Below are positions 54,140-64,000 of a stretch of DNA of 64,000 nt, in pieces. Below the pieces are notes generated by a model. That model saw nothing but the letters and a program-made list of their open reading frames with translations, had not been told where the DNA came from and did not search any database. The position numbers and the translations under genes are program-made. The stretch is from Raja brachyura (lineage: Eukaryota). Position 1 is the stretch's first letter, and each line of letters begins with the position of its first letter. The DNA is taken from positions 21,018,001 through 21,082,000 of the forward strand of contig OY740792.1 of the NCBI GenBank assembly GCA_963514005.1, written 5' to 3'.

Positions 54140-54249
54140 TTAGTCTGATTTTGATTTAGGGATTGGATTGATTACAATAGGAATGTTACTAAATACTAGA
54201 TCAGAGCCCAAGTTTAAACTATACAGGGTAGGAGGCACAATGGTTGCCT
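54140..54249 (-). pseudogene. Truncated relic exon: EATIVPPTLYSLNLGSDLVFSNIPIVINPIPKSKSD*
   Basis: The VINPIP motif is retained, but there is an in-frame TAA, no donor and a weak acceptor. Confidence 0.65.
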
Positions 54250-55180
54250 CTATTGACTTTTCATGGACTCTATAATGGTGTAGCATAAACCTCTACATAT
54301 TTTCAAACCATTTGGTACATGGATAGGAAAGACTAATTGACGGAAAGAGGGATATGGGCCAAAAACAGGCAAATTTGTGTCTAGCTTAGCTGGGTCTTAA
54401 ATTCATTTTAGAGTGTCAATGTGTTTTGGATCTTAAATGTAATATAATTATTTTGCAAATGTGTATTGATTTTTTTTAACAAATTCAAAGTGTTGCTGCC
54501 AATTTGCAAATGCCCAACAGATTCAGTCAACAACAGCTGACATATTGACATTAAATAAGCTTTCAAAGACATCCTGTGTGTGCAGTGAGCTGTCTATGCA
54601 CAGACTCAGTTGGTAGTTATGCCAAGGCACTGGGAGCTGAGACTTTGTAAACACTGGGTCAGGGACCATGCTGGAACTGTATAACCCCGGGGCATGTAGC
54701 CAGTGATTTCAGCGCAATAAAAAATGTGCCCCAATTATTGATTAATTCATTCAATAATACGGCAATAAAATCTGATATATATGGAATAATGAGAGAGTTC
54801 ATGAGCAACATACTTTCCACTATGTCACAGCTAATTATTACTTGATACATTTTTCAACAATATTGTCATTGGAGAATGAACAAACACTTCACAGCTACGC
54901 AATCCCTAAACTCAGTAAAATAAGGACATTGACAAAATAACCTAACAAAGGTAAGCATAAAGTACAAATTTTAAGAAATATGAAGTGGATTTCCCTTAAA
55001 CGGTGCCACAACATTAAATGAGCTGCATGCAAGACAGGATGTTGGTATATTTTACATACATGCAATGTGAACACTGATTGCACGGGGATTGTGTGGCATA
55101 GCATTAAAAGCATGCGCGCTAAACTTCTACTGCTTTAGCACATACCTCAACAGCCAAGGAACAAATATTGGCAGAAATAC

Positions 55181-55321
55181 CTGTAACGTCAAAATCTTTT
55201 ATCTTAGCGCGCTCAGTTTCTGGGATTGGATTGATCACATTAGGAGTATCAGAAACCAGAGGGTTTAGGCCTGATATTAAAGTAAGCACTTTAGGAGTGC
55301 GAGAAGTTGAAACCACGTGGT
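55181..55321 (-). CDS. Repeat exon, 141 nt: DHVVSTSRTPKVLTLISGLNPLVSDTPNVINPIPETERAKIKDFDVT
   Basis: Acceptor tgttttttatcccttcag|, donor cag|gtattt. Confidence 0.9.
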
Positions 55322-55902
55322 CTGAAGGGATAAAAAACAGAATTCTTATTTTCTGAATCTATGTTGTTTCTGTGAATAATATTGAAAATGCTAGGCACCA
55401 TTGTTATCTAGTGATGCAGCACATCTGGTCTTCTTACAGTGTAATAAAACTAAATATTCAAAACTCATGTAAAGATGAATAATACTTTTCATAAAGTGCT
55501 AAATCAAATGAACATAATGCATTGCCTCATGAACTCAACATTATTCAAATTGTCGGATATAAGAACAGATGCTCCATGCCACAAAATAGCCAAGATAGGT
55601 TTATAGACTTTTATAGCCGATAAAGCAAGGGTCTCTAAAAGTCATGAAATAAGAAGCATGGCCAAATAATTCAACAAAGATATTTAAATGCTCTCTTCCA
55701 GGAAAAATGCAACAGTGTGTTCATTTCCAGTATTTGCAATGAAACTGAACAGTTGCCTGTAGACAGATTATTGTCAAATACTTGTTATGCACTGGCAACT
55801 TGAACAATAGTTTTAATGGCAGTGTTCCTACAGCACATGTTCTTTGTCTTTTTAGCTCAAACCTCACAATCCATCACTAATTATATACTCAATCAGAAGT
55901 AC

Positions 55903-56042
55903 CTGTAACTTTGATATAGCCTGTCTTAATAACTTCAGATTTAGGATTTGGAGTGAACACAATAGGAATGTTTGTGACTGAAAACTCAAAGACTGGAATT
56001 AAATTTAATGCATTAGAATGTCAGAGATCATCACATCCTGAC
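55903..56042 (-). pseudogene. Pseudo-exon (140 nt, acceptor AG>GG, 1-nt deletion)
   Basis: Acceptor position reads cccctcGG. GQDVMISDI then shifts frame into NALNLIPVFEFSVTNIPIVFTPNPKSEVIKTGYIKVT. Donor cag|gtactt is intact. Confidence 0.75.
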
Positions 56043-56647
56043 CCGAGGGGATAAAATGGAACTAAATGTCCAATTTAATTACTATTTAACAAAAATAATA
56101 AAACATTGTTTTGATCGACATCAGTATGGGGAGTATAACTGAACCTTTCTTCATTCTGAGAATATGAAGTGAATTTCATTGCAACCATGAATTGTGACTC
56201 TGGTACTATTGTCGTTGCAGCATTGTACAATTAAATCAGTATTTCTCAAAGTTATTCATATAAAAATGTTACAACTACATACAGTTACAACATTTTCACC
56301 TTTCAAATGGAACTACCGTTTAAGTAATTTTCCCAACAACACAGCAGTGATTTGCTCTGGACTCAAAACTCCAAGAAAATAATTTTGTTGTCAAAATAAC
56401 CTCAAACTAAATGCATACATTTCAGGAGGAGATATGCGATGGGCTGTTATGTTTATAGATGCTTTGGCATGTTACTGAATAATTGTATGCAAGATAATGT
56501 ATTCCGCAATAAAATTACTTCACATACAAGTAACTTGAAGATGAATTTAACAGAAAAATGATGGCATAGATTTTATAGCATGTGTCAAAAAATTCTGCCA
56601 CTCTAGCAATTAGGTAAATTCCCAAGTGAAAGTATTGTCAGAAGTAC

Positions 56648-56779
56648 CTGCAACTTCTGTATCTCTCAAACTAGTTCGTTGAGATTCTAGGATTGGATCG
56701 ATCACATGAGTAACCGGCAGCTCATGGTTTAACATTAAAGTAAACACTTTACTAGTGTCCGAGGTTGGCACCACCTGGT
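56648..56779 (-). CDS. Repeat exon, 132 nt: DQVVPTSDTSKVFTLMLNHELPVTHVIDPILESQRTSLRDTEVA
   Basis: Acceptor cttcttccttgtcccgagcag| (GAGCAG tandem), donor cag|gtactt. Confidence 0.87.
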
Positions 56780-57282
56780 CTGCTCGGGACAAGGAAGAAG
56801 CCAGGTACAAAATTCTTAATCTTGCATGATAATGCATGAACTTTCATAAATTAATTATATTCCATTATAGAGCATTGTCATTATTACATAGCAATCTTGC
56901 ATGGCTCCCACTGTCTCACCACAACCTCCTTATCCCTACTATCTTTACACCAGATCTATTTATTATTTCCTAATGGTTCCAAGGCCTTAACATCCCTGTT
57001 GAAATGTGATATCTGAATTTTCTGAACTATGCAACATAATAACTAATTAAGTAAAAGTACAAGTAAATTCCCAGGCAATATGGAAGATTAGTCGTTTCCT
57101 GTTATGTTATGTAAGCTGTTATATTGGCCATTAATTATTTTACACAGGAGCAATGCAAATAATGTGAGACAGATCTACAACATAAAAAATAATTTCCTGT
57201 TATTTTAACAGGCATCTCAACATGCAGATTGTTTTTGCTCTTGCTGCAGTTTACAGTAAGGCACAAACATTATCAGAAATAC

Positions 57283-57429
57283 CTGTTATTTCTGTATCTT
57301 CTATTTTAGTAGTGTCAGACGCGTGGATGGCATTGGGAACATTTGAAATGTCAGTGACAGGTACGTTAATGTCTGAGATTAAACAGAAGATGTTAGGGAT
57401 GTTAGAGGTTGGCAACACAGTCCGCTGTA
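57283..57429 (-). CDS. Repeat exon, 147 nt: VQRTVLPTSNIPNIFCLISDINVPVTDISNVPNAIHASDTTKIEDTEIT
   Basis: Acceptor tcctgcttacttccag|, donor cag|gtattt, open frame. Confidence 0.8.
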
Positions 57430-58202
57430 CTGGAAGTAAGCAGGATATAAAATGTTCAAATTACATAATTATTGTTGAAAATTGAACATTACAATTACAT
57501 TGGATGGTTTCCAATGCGGCAATAAATGCCACAGGTAAAACAGATTTTATGTAACACAAAACTACCCCGACAATATAATTGATTAAGTTCACTAATTCAA
57601 TATCATTCAAAATAATTTAACGCACAACATTACAAGAGACTCTCCACACTGCAACATTACATTCATTATTTAGAGACTATTCATAATTCAATAAATCAGA
57701 AGAAACACCGACAGAATAGGTTAACACATCACTTCTCAAACAAACTCAAAGTTTTATGAAAAATGCCCATTTATTCCAGCATAGATGAGCAAAATGCTTA
57801 ACTCCAGGTGATATGCAGTGCATTTCCCAATTGACAATATCTGTACCAGAACACAGAGCAGATTGCATGTATTTTAGGATAGGTCTGCTAAAATCAAGGT
57901 CATGCATGGTGGAATGGGAAAAATGGGAATGTGGAAAATGATAGTGAGGCCCTGGGTTTGGCCAACAACGAAGAAGCAAATTAAGGAAAGATGTGTGCAG
58001 TAGGCTTGTTTTCCATACTCTTCCATACTTTACACACAACCAATACAAATTTTCACATAAATATTTATGTAAAAGCATAACATGGCATCTGTGGCACGTG
58101 TCCAGACTTTTTTCCTTAATTGTGATAAACCTAAGCATGCACTTTTAATTATTTGCTCCATTGCTTACTTTAAACATAAAATACACAGATTGTTAGAACT
58201 AC

Positions 58203-58346
58203 CTGTAACATCTGCCTCTCCTATCTTAGTAGGATCAGGTTCTGGGATTGCATTGATCACACTGGGAATGTCTGTAGCTTGCCGTTCATAGCCAGATATA
58301 AAAGGGAACACTGTAGTTGTGTGAGCAGTTGATAATTCATGGTCTT
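58203..58346 (-). CDS. Repeat exon, 144 nt: EDHELSTAHTTTVFPFISGYERQATDIPSVINAIPEPDPTKIGEADVT
   Basis: Acceptor ccctttcatccttag|, donor cag|gtagtt. Confidence 0.88.
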
Positions 58347-58820
58347 CTAAGGATGAAAGGGAAGCCAAATTACAAAATTCTAAATATCTTCTGATCATAC
58401 ACCTGCGCTAAGTTGTTTCCTATGTGTATTAGCTCATTGAACACTATCGTTATTTAATTATTTATACAGTATAGAACAACGTCCTCCAGCCCATTGAAAT
58501 TATACAAAACAGAGCGATCCCATTAGTCCCATACCACTGTTTTGTCCTTGCAGCAATCACTCACATCGTTGCTAACAATAACGAAGCAAGTTAAGGATAG
58601 ACATCTAAGGGTACAGTATGTTTGTGTTTTCCAGGCTCTTCCATGCCTTACACACAACCAACACAAATATTCGCGTAAATATTTATGTAAAAGCATAACA
58701 TGGCATCTGTGGCACGTGTCCAGACGTTTTTCCTGAATTGTGATAAACCTAAGCATGCACTTTTGATTATTTGCTCCATTGCATATTTCAAACATAGAAT
58801 ACACATATTGTTAGGACTAC

Positions 58821-58964
58821 CTGTAAATTCTGCCTCTCCTATCTTAGCAGGATCAGGTTCTGGGATTGGATTAATCACACTAGGAATGTCTGTGGCTTGC
58901 CGTTCATAGCCAGATATAAAAGAGAACACTGTAGTTGTGCGAGAAGTTGACAATTCATGGTTTT
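58821..58964 (-). CDS. Repeat exon, 144 nt: ENHELSTSRTTTVFSFISGYERQATDIPSVINPIPEPDPAKIGEAEFT
   Basis: Acceptor tttttaatccttag|, donor cag|gtagtc. Confidence 0.88.
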
Positions 58965-59451
58965 CTAAGGATTAAAAAGTAAGCCAAATTATAAAATTAC
59001 AAACATCTTCTGAATGTACACCTGCACTGAGTAGTTTCCTATGTATATTAGCACATTGAACTTTATCATTAGTTAATTATTTAATACAGTATAGAACAAA
59101 ATCATCCAGCTCACTTGAATTATATGAGATCAGAACCTAATAGAGCAATCCCATCAGTCTCATACCACCTCTTATTTCCTTGCAACAGGCTCTCACATTG
59201 TTTCCAACAACAAAGAAGCCAGTTAAGGAAAGGCATCTATGTGTAGAGTATGTTTGTGTTTTCCAGGCTCTTCCATGACTTACACACAACCAATACAAAT
59301 ATTCACATAAATATTCATGTAAAAGCATACCATGTCAACAGTGGCACGTGTCCAGATACTTCTCCTCAATTGTGATAAACATAAGCATGCACTTTTAATT
59401 ATTTGCTCCATGCTTACTTCAAACATAAAAAACACAGATTGTTAGAACTAC

Positions 59452-59595
59452 CTGTAACATCTGTCTCGACTATCTTAGTAGGATCGGATTCGGGGATTGG
59501 ATTGATCACACTGGGAATGTCTGTGGCTTGCCGTTCATAGCCAGATATTAAATTGAACACTTTAGTTGTGTGAGAAGTTGATAATTCATGGTCTT
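59452..59595 (-). CDS. Repeat exon, 144 nt: EDHELSTSHTTKVFNLISGYERQATDIPSVINPIPESDPTKIVETDVT
   Basis: Acceptor cctttttatccttag|, donor cag|gtagtt. Confidence 0.88.
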
Positions 59596-60075
59596 CTAAG
59601 GATAAAAAGGAAGCCAAATTACAACATTCGAAATATCTTCTGAACATAAACCTGCGCTAAGTAGTTTCCTATGTATATTAGCACATTGAACACTACCATT
59701 ACTTAATTATTTAATACAGTACGGAACAAAGTCATCCAGCTCATTTGAACGACACGAGAACCTAATAGAACTATCCCATCAGTCCCATACCCCCTCGTAT
59801 TTCCTTGCAACACTCACTCACATTGTCGTCAACAAGGACGAAGCAAGTTAAGGAAAGACCATAAGTGCACAGTATGTTTGTGTTTTCCAGGCTCTTCCAT
59901 GGGCTTACACACAACCAATCCAGATATTCATATAAATATTCATGTAAAAGCATAATGGCATCTGTGGCACATGTTCACAATTTTTTCCATAAATGTGATA
60001 AACCTAAGCATGCACTTTTGATGATTTGCTCCATTGCTTATTTCAAACATAGAATACACATATTGTTAGGACTAC

Positions 60076-60219
60076 CTGAAAATTCTGCCTCTCCTATCTT
60101 AGCAGGTTCAAGTTCTGGGATTGGTTTGATCACACTGGGAATGTCTGTGGCTTGCCGTTCATAGCCAGATATTAAAGAGAACACTGTAGTTGTGTGAGAA
60201 GTTGACAATTCATGGTCTT
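60076..60219 (-). CDS. Repeat exon, 144 nt: EDHELSTSHTTTVFSLISGYERQATDIPSVIKPIPELEPAKIGEAEFS
   Basis: Acceptor cctttttatccgtag|, donor cag|gtagtc. Confidence 0.88.
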
Positions 60220-60688
60220 CTACGGATAAAAAGGAAGCCAAGTTACAAAATTCTAAGCATCTTCTGAATGTACACCTGCGCTAAGTAGTTCCCTATGAAT
60301 ATTAGCTAATTGAAAATAATCATTACTTAATTATTTAATACAGTAAGGAACAAAGTCATCCAGCTCATTAGCATGATATGAGAACCAAACAGAGCGATCC
60401 CATCAGTCTCATACCGCCTCTTATTTCCTTGCAAGCCTCTCTCACATTGTCGCCAACAATGACGAAGCAAGTTAAGGAAAGACAGCTAAGTGTACACTAT
60501 GCTGTGTATTGCATGCTCTTCCATGACTCACACATAGCCAATACAAATATTCACATAAACACCTAGCATGCCATCTGTGGCACATGTCCAGAATTTTGTC
60601 CTTAATTGTGATAAACCTAAGCATGCACTTTTAATTATTTACTCCATTGCTTATTTCAAACATGGAATACACATATTGTCAGAACTAC

Positions 60689-60832
60689 CTGCAAATTCTG
60701 CCTCTCCTATCTTTGTAGGATCGGCTTCTGGGATTGGTTTGATCACACTGGGAATGTCTGTGGCTTGCCGTTCGTAGCCAGATATTAAAGAGAACACTGT
60801 AGTTGTGTGAGAAGTTGACAATTCATGGTCTT
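60689..60832 (-). CDS. Repeat exon, 144 nt: EDHELSTSHTTTVFSLISGYERQATDIPSVIKPIPEADPTKIGEAEFA
   Basis: Acceptor cctttttatccgtag|, donor cag|gtagtt. Confidence 0.88.
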
Positions 60833-61299
60833 CTACGGATAAAAAGGAAGCCAAGTTACAAAATTCTAAGCATCTTCTGAATGTACACCTGCACCAAGTA
60901 GTTTCCTATGAATATTAGCACATTGTAAATAATCATTACTTAATTATTTAATACAGTAAGGAACAGTCATCCAGCTCATTAGAATTATATGAAAACCAAA
61001 CCGAGCGATCCCATCAGTCTCATACCGCCTCTTATTTCCTTGCAACGCGCGCTCACATTGTCGCAAATAATGAGGAAACAAGTTAAGAAAAGACAGCTAA
61101 GTGTTCACTATGCAGTGTTTTGCATGCTCTTCCATGCTTTACACACAACCAATACAAATATTCACATAAACGCCTAGCATGGCATCTGTGGAACCTGTCC
61201 AGAAATGTTTCCTTAATTGTGATAAACCCAAGCATGCACTTTTAATTATTTACTCCATTGCTTATTTCAAACATGGAATACACGTATTGTTAGAACTAC

Positions 61300-61443
61300 C
61301 TGTAACATCTGCCTCTCCTACATTAGTAGGATCGGGTTCTGGGATTGGATTGATCACATTGGGAAGGTCTGTGGCTTGCCGTTCATAGCCAGATATTAAA
61401 GTGAACACTTTAGTCGTGTGTAAAGTTGATAATTCATGGTCTT
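61300..61443 (-). CDS. Repeat exon, 144 nt: EDHELSTLHTTKVFTLISGYERQATDLPNVINPIPEPDPTNVGEADVT
   Basis: Acceptor cctttttatccttag|, donor cag|gtagtt. Confidence 0.88.
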
Positions 61444-61508
61444 CTAAGGATAAAAAGGAAGCCAAATTACAAAATTCTAAATATATTCTGAACATACACC
61501 TGCGCTAA

Positions 61509-63420
61509 TAGACAATAGGTGCAGGAGTAGGCCATTTGGCCCCTCGAGCCAGCACCGCCATTCAATGTGATCATGGCTGATCATTCCCAATCAGTACCCC
61601 GTTCCTGCCTTCTCCCCATACCCCCTGACTCCGCCATTTTTAAGAGCTCTATTTAGCTCTCTCTTGAAAGCATCCAGAGGACCTGCCTCCACCGCCCTCT
61701 GAGGCAGAGAATTCCACAGACTCACCACTCTCTGTGAGAAAAAGAGTTTCCTCTTCTCCGTTCTAAATGGCTTACTCCTTATTCTTAAACTGTGGCCCCT
61801 GGTTCTGGACACCCCCAACACCGGGAACATGTTTCCTGCCTCTAGCATGTCCAAGCCCTTAACAATCTTATATGTTTCAATGAAATTCCTTCTCATCCTT
61901 CTAAACTCCAGAGTGTACAAGCCCAGCTGTGCCATTTTCTCAGCATATGACAGTCCTGCCATCCCAGGAATTAACCTTGTAAACCTATGCTGCACTCCCT
62001 CAATAGCAAGAATGTCCTTCCTCAAATTAGGGGACCAAAACTGCACACAATACTCCAGGTGCGGTCTCACTAGGGCTCTGTACAACTGCAGAAGGACCTC
62101 TTTGCTCCTATATTCGATTCCTCTTGTTATAAAGGCCAACATGCCATTCGCTTTCTTCACTGCCTGCTGTACCTGCATGCTTACTTTCATAGATTGATGT
62201 ACAAGGACCCCCAGATCCCGTTGTACTTCCCCTTTTCCCAACTTGACCCCATTTGGATAGTAATCTGCCTTCCTGTTTTTGCTACCAAAGTGGATAAGCT
62301 CACATTTATCCGCATTAAACTTCATCTGCCATGCATCTGCCCACTCCCCCAACCTGTACAAGTTACCCTGCATTCTCATAGCATCCTCCTCACAGTTCAC
62401 ACTGCCATCCAGCTTTGTGTCATCTGCAAATTTGCTAATGTTACTTTGAATCCCTTCATCCAAATCATTGATGTATATTGTAAATAGCTGCGGTCCCAGC
62501 ACCGTGCCTTGCGGTACCCCACTAGTCACTGCCTGCCATTCTGAAAGGGACCCATTAATCCCTACTCTTTGTTTCCTGTCTGCCAACCACTTCACTATTC
62601 ATGTCAGCACTCTACCCCCAATACCATGTGCCCTAATTTTGCCCACTAATCTCCTATGTGGCACTTTATCAAATACTTTCTGAAAGTCCAGGCACACTAC
62701 ATCCACTGGCTCTCCCTTGTCCATTTTCCTAGTTACATCTGCAAAAAATTCCAGAAGATTAGTCAAGCAGGATTTCCCCTTCGTAAATCCATGCCGACTC
62801 GGACTGATCCTGTTACTGCTATCCAAATGTGCGGCTATCTCATCTTTTATAATTGACTCCAGCATTTTCCCCACCACTGATGTCAGGCTAACTGGTCTAT
62901 AATTCCCCATTTTCTCTTTCCCGCCTTTCTTAAAAAGTGGGATAACATTAGCTACCCTCCAATCCACAGGAACTGACCCTCAGTCTATAGAACATTGGAA
63001 AATTATCACCAATGCATCCACGATTTCCAGAGCCACTTCCTTAAGTACCCTGGGATGCAGACCATCAGACCCTGGGGATTTATCAGCCTTCAGTCCCATC
63101 AGTCTCTCCAACACCATTTCCTGCCTAATGTGGATTTCCTTCCGTTCCCCTGTCACCCCAGATCCTCTGGCTACTACGATATCAGGAAGATTATTTGTGT
63201 CCTCCTTAGTGAAGACAGATCCAAAGTACCTGTTCAACTCATCTGCCATTTCCTTGTTCCTCATAATAAATTCACTTTTTTCAGTCTTCATGGGTCCAAC
63301 TTTGGTCTTAACTAATATTTTCCTCTTCACATACCTAAAGAAGCTTTCACTATCCTGCTTTATATTCTTAGCTAGCTTACCTTCGTACCTTATCTTTTCT
63401 CCCCGTATGGTCTTTTTGGT
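61509..63420 (-). mobile_element. Young CR1/HER1-type LINE inserted in an array intron
   Basis: ORFs 62980, 62599 and 61591 form one ORF2 frame broken by two TGA stops. Tail is ctattgtcta. The insertion splits the unit sequence gcgctaa|gtagtttcc. Confidence 0.97.
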
Positions 63421-63829
63421 TAAGTAGTTTCCTATGTATATTAGCATATTGAATACTATCATTATTTAATACAGTATGGGACAAAATCATCGAGCACATT
63501 TGAATGATACGAGAACCTAATAGAGCGATCCCATCAGTCCCATACCCCCTCGTATTTCCTTGCAACACTCACTCACATTGTTGCCAACAATGACGAAGCA
63601 AGTTAAGGAGAGACCATAACTGCACAGTATTTTGTGTTTTCCAGGCTCTTCCATGGGCTTACACACAACCAATCCAGATATTCATATAAATATTCATGTA
63701 AAAGCATAATGGCATCTGTGGCACATGTTCACACTTTTTTCCATAAATGTGATAAACCTAAGCATGCACTTTTGATGATTTGCTCCATTGCTTATTTCAA
63801 ACATAGAATACACATATTGTTAGGACTAC

Positions 63830-63973
63830 CTGAAAATTCTGCCTCTCCTATCTTAGCAGGTTCAAGTTCTGGGATTGGTTTGATCACACTGGGAATGTCT
63901 GTGGCTTGCCGTTCATAGCCAGATATTAAAGAGAACACTGTAGTTGTGTGAGAAGTTGACAATTCATGGTCTT
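63830..63973 (-). CDS. Repeat exon, 144 nt, same sequence as 60076..60219
   Basis: Acceptor cctttttatccgtag|, donor cag|gtagtc. Confidence 0.88.
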
Positions 63974-64000
63974 CTACGGATAAAAAGGAAGCCAAGTTAC

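Larger units (their letters stand above)
57970..64000. repeat. Tandem array of ~611-631-bp exon+intron units (7 exons seen, continues to window end)
   Basis: Exon left edges at 58203, 58821, 59452, 60076, 60689 and 61300, then 63830 after a 1.9-kb LINE. Introns align throughout. Confidence 0.97.

Noticed and set aside
3068-63973. Naming the gene (titin, CD44, ABI3BP, sciellin/ZNF185, mucin)
   Set aside because: Only the exon architecture is comparable. No diagnostic domain lies in the window and the composition is not PEVK.
57970-64000. CRISPR-like array, or a cluster of small single-exon genes (67-101 aa ORFs on both strands)
   Set aside because: The DNA is eukaryotic and whole units are homologous, with no unique spacers. 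The ORFs are 144-nt exons extended into intron, or their antisense shadows.

Overview
This is AT-rich eukaryotic genomic DNA, most likely from a cartilaginous fish (skate or ray). That assignment is inferred from HE1-type V-SINEs, a DeuSINE and abundant CR1/HER1-type LINEs. Nearly all ORF-track calls are transposon fragments or noise. The main signal, which the ORF track does not explain, is the interior of one large minus-strand gene built from small frame-symmetric (phase 1-1) exons. I can read 21 intact exons of 60-147 nt (2484 nt, 828 codons) encoding Ser/Thr/Pro/Asp/Glu-rich repeats, plus about 5 decayed copies. The array shows an age gradient. Short 20-31 aa exons with kb-sized, TE-filled introns lie at 3-44 kb. 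Diverged 41-49 aa exons mixed with pseudo-exons lie at 46-57 kb. A young ~620-bp exon+intron tandem array (7 copies of a 144-nt exon, with higher-order structure) runs from 58 kb to the window edge. The long exon appears to derive from the short one by an internal 17-codon duplication. No start, stop or globular domain of the gene is visible, so I do not name it. Introns hold CR1 (two tail types), Rex1-like, RTE-like, Hero-like and Penelope-like retroelements, a Gypsy remnant, a full-length dead Tc1, a Harbinger-like MITE, a DINE/Helitron-like insertion and a ~190-bp palindrome. Coordinates were read by eye, and the boundaries of old repeats are approximate.
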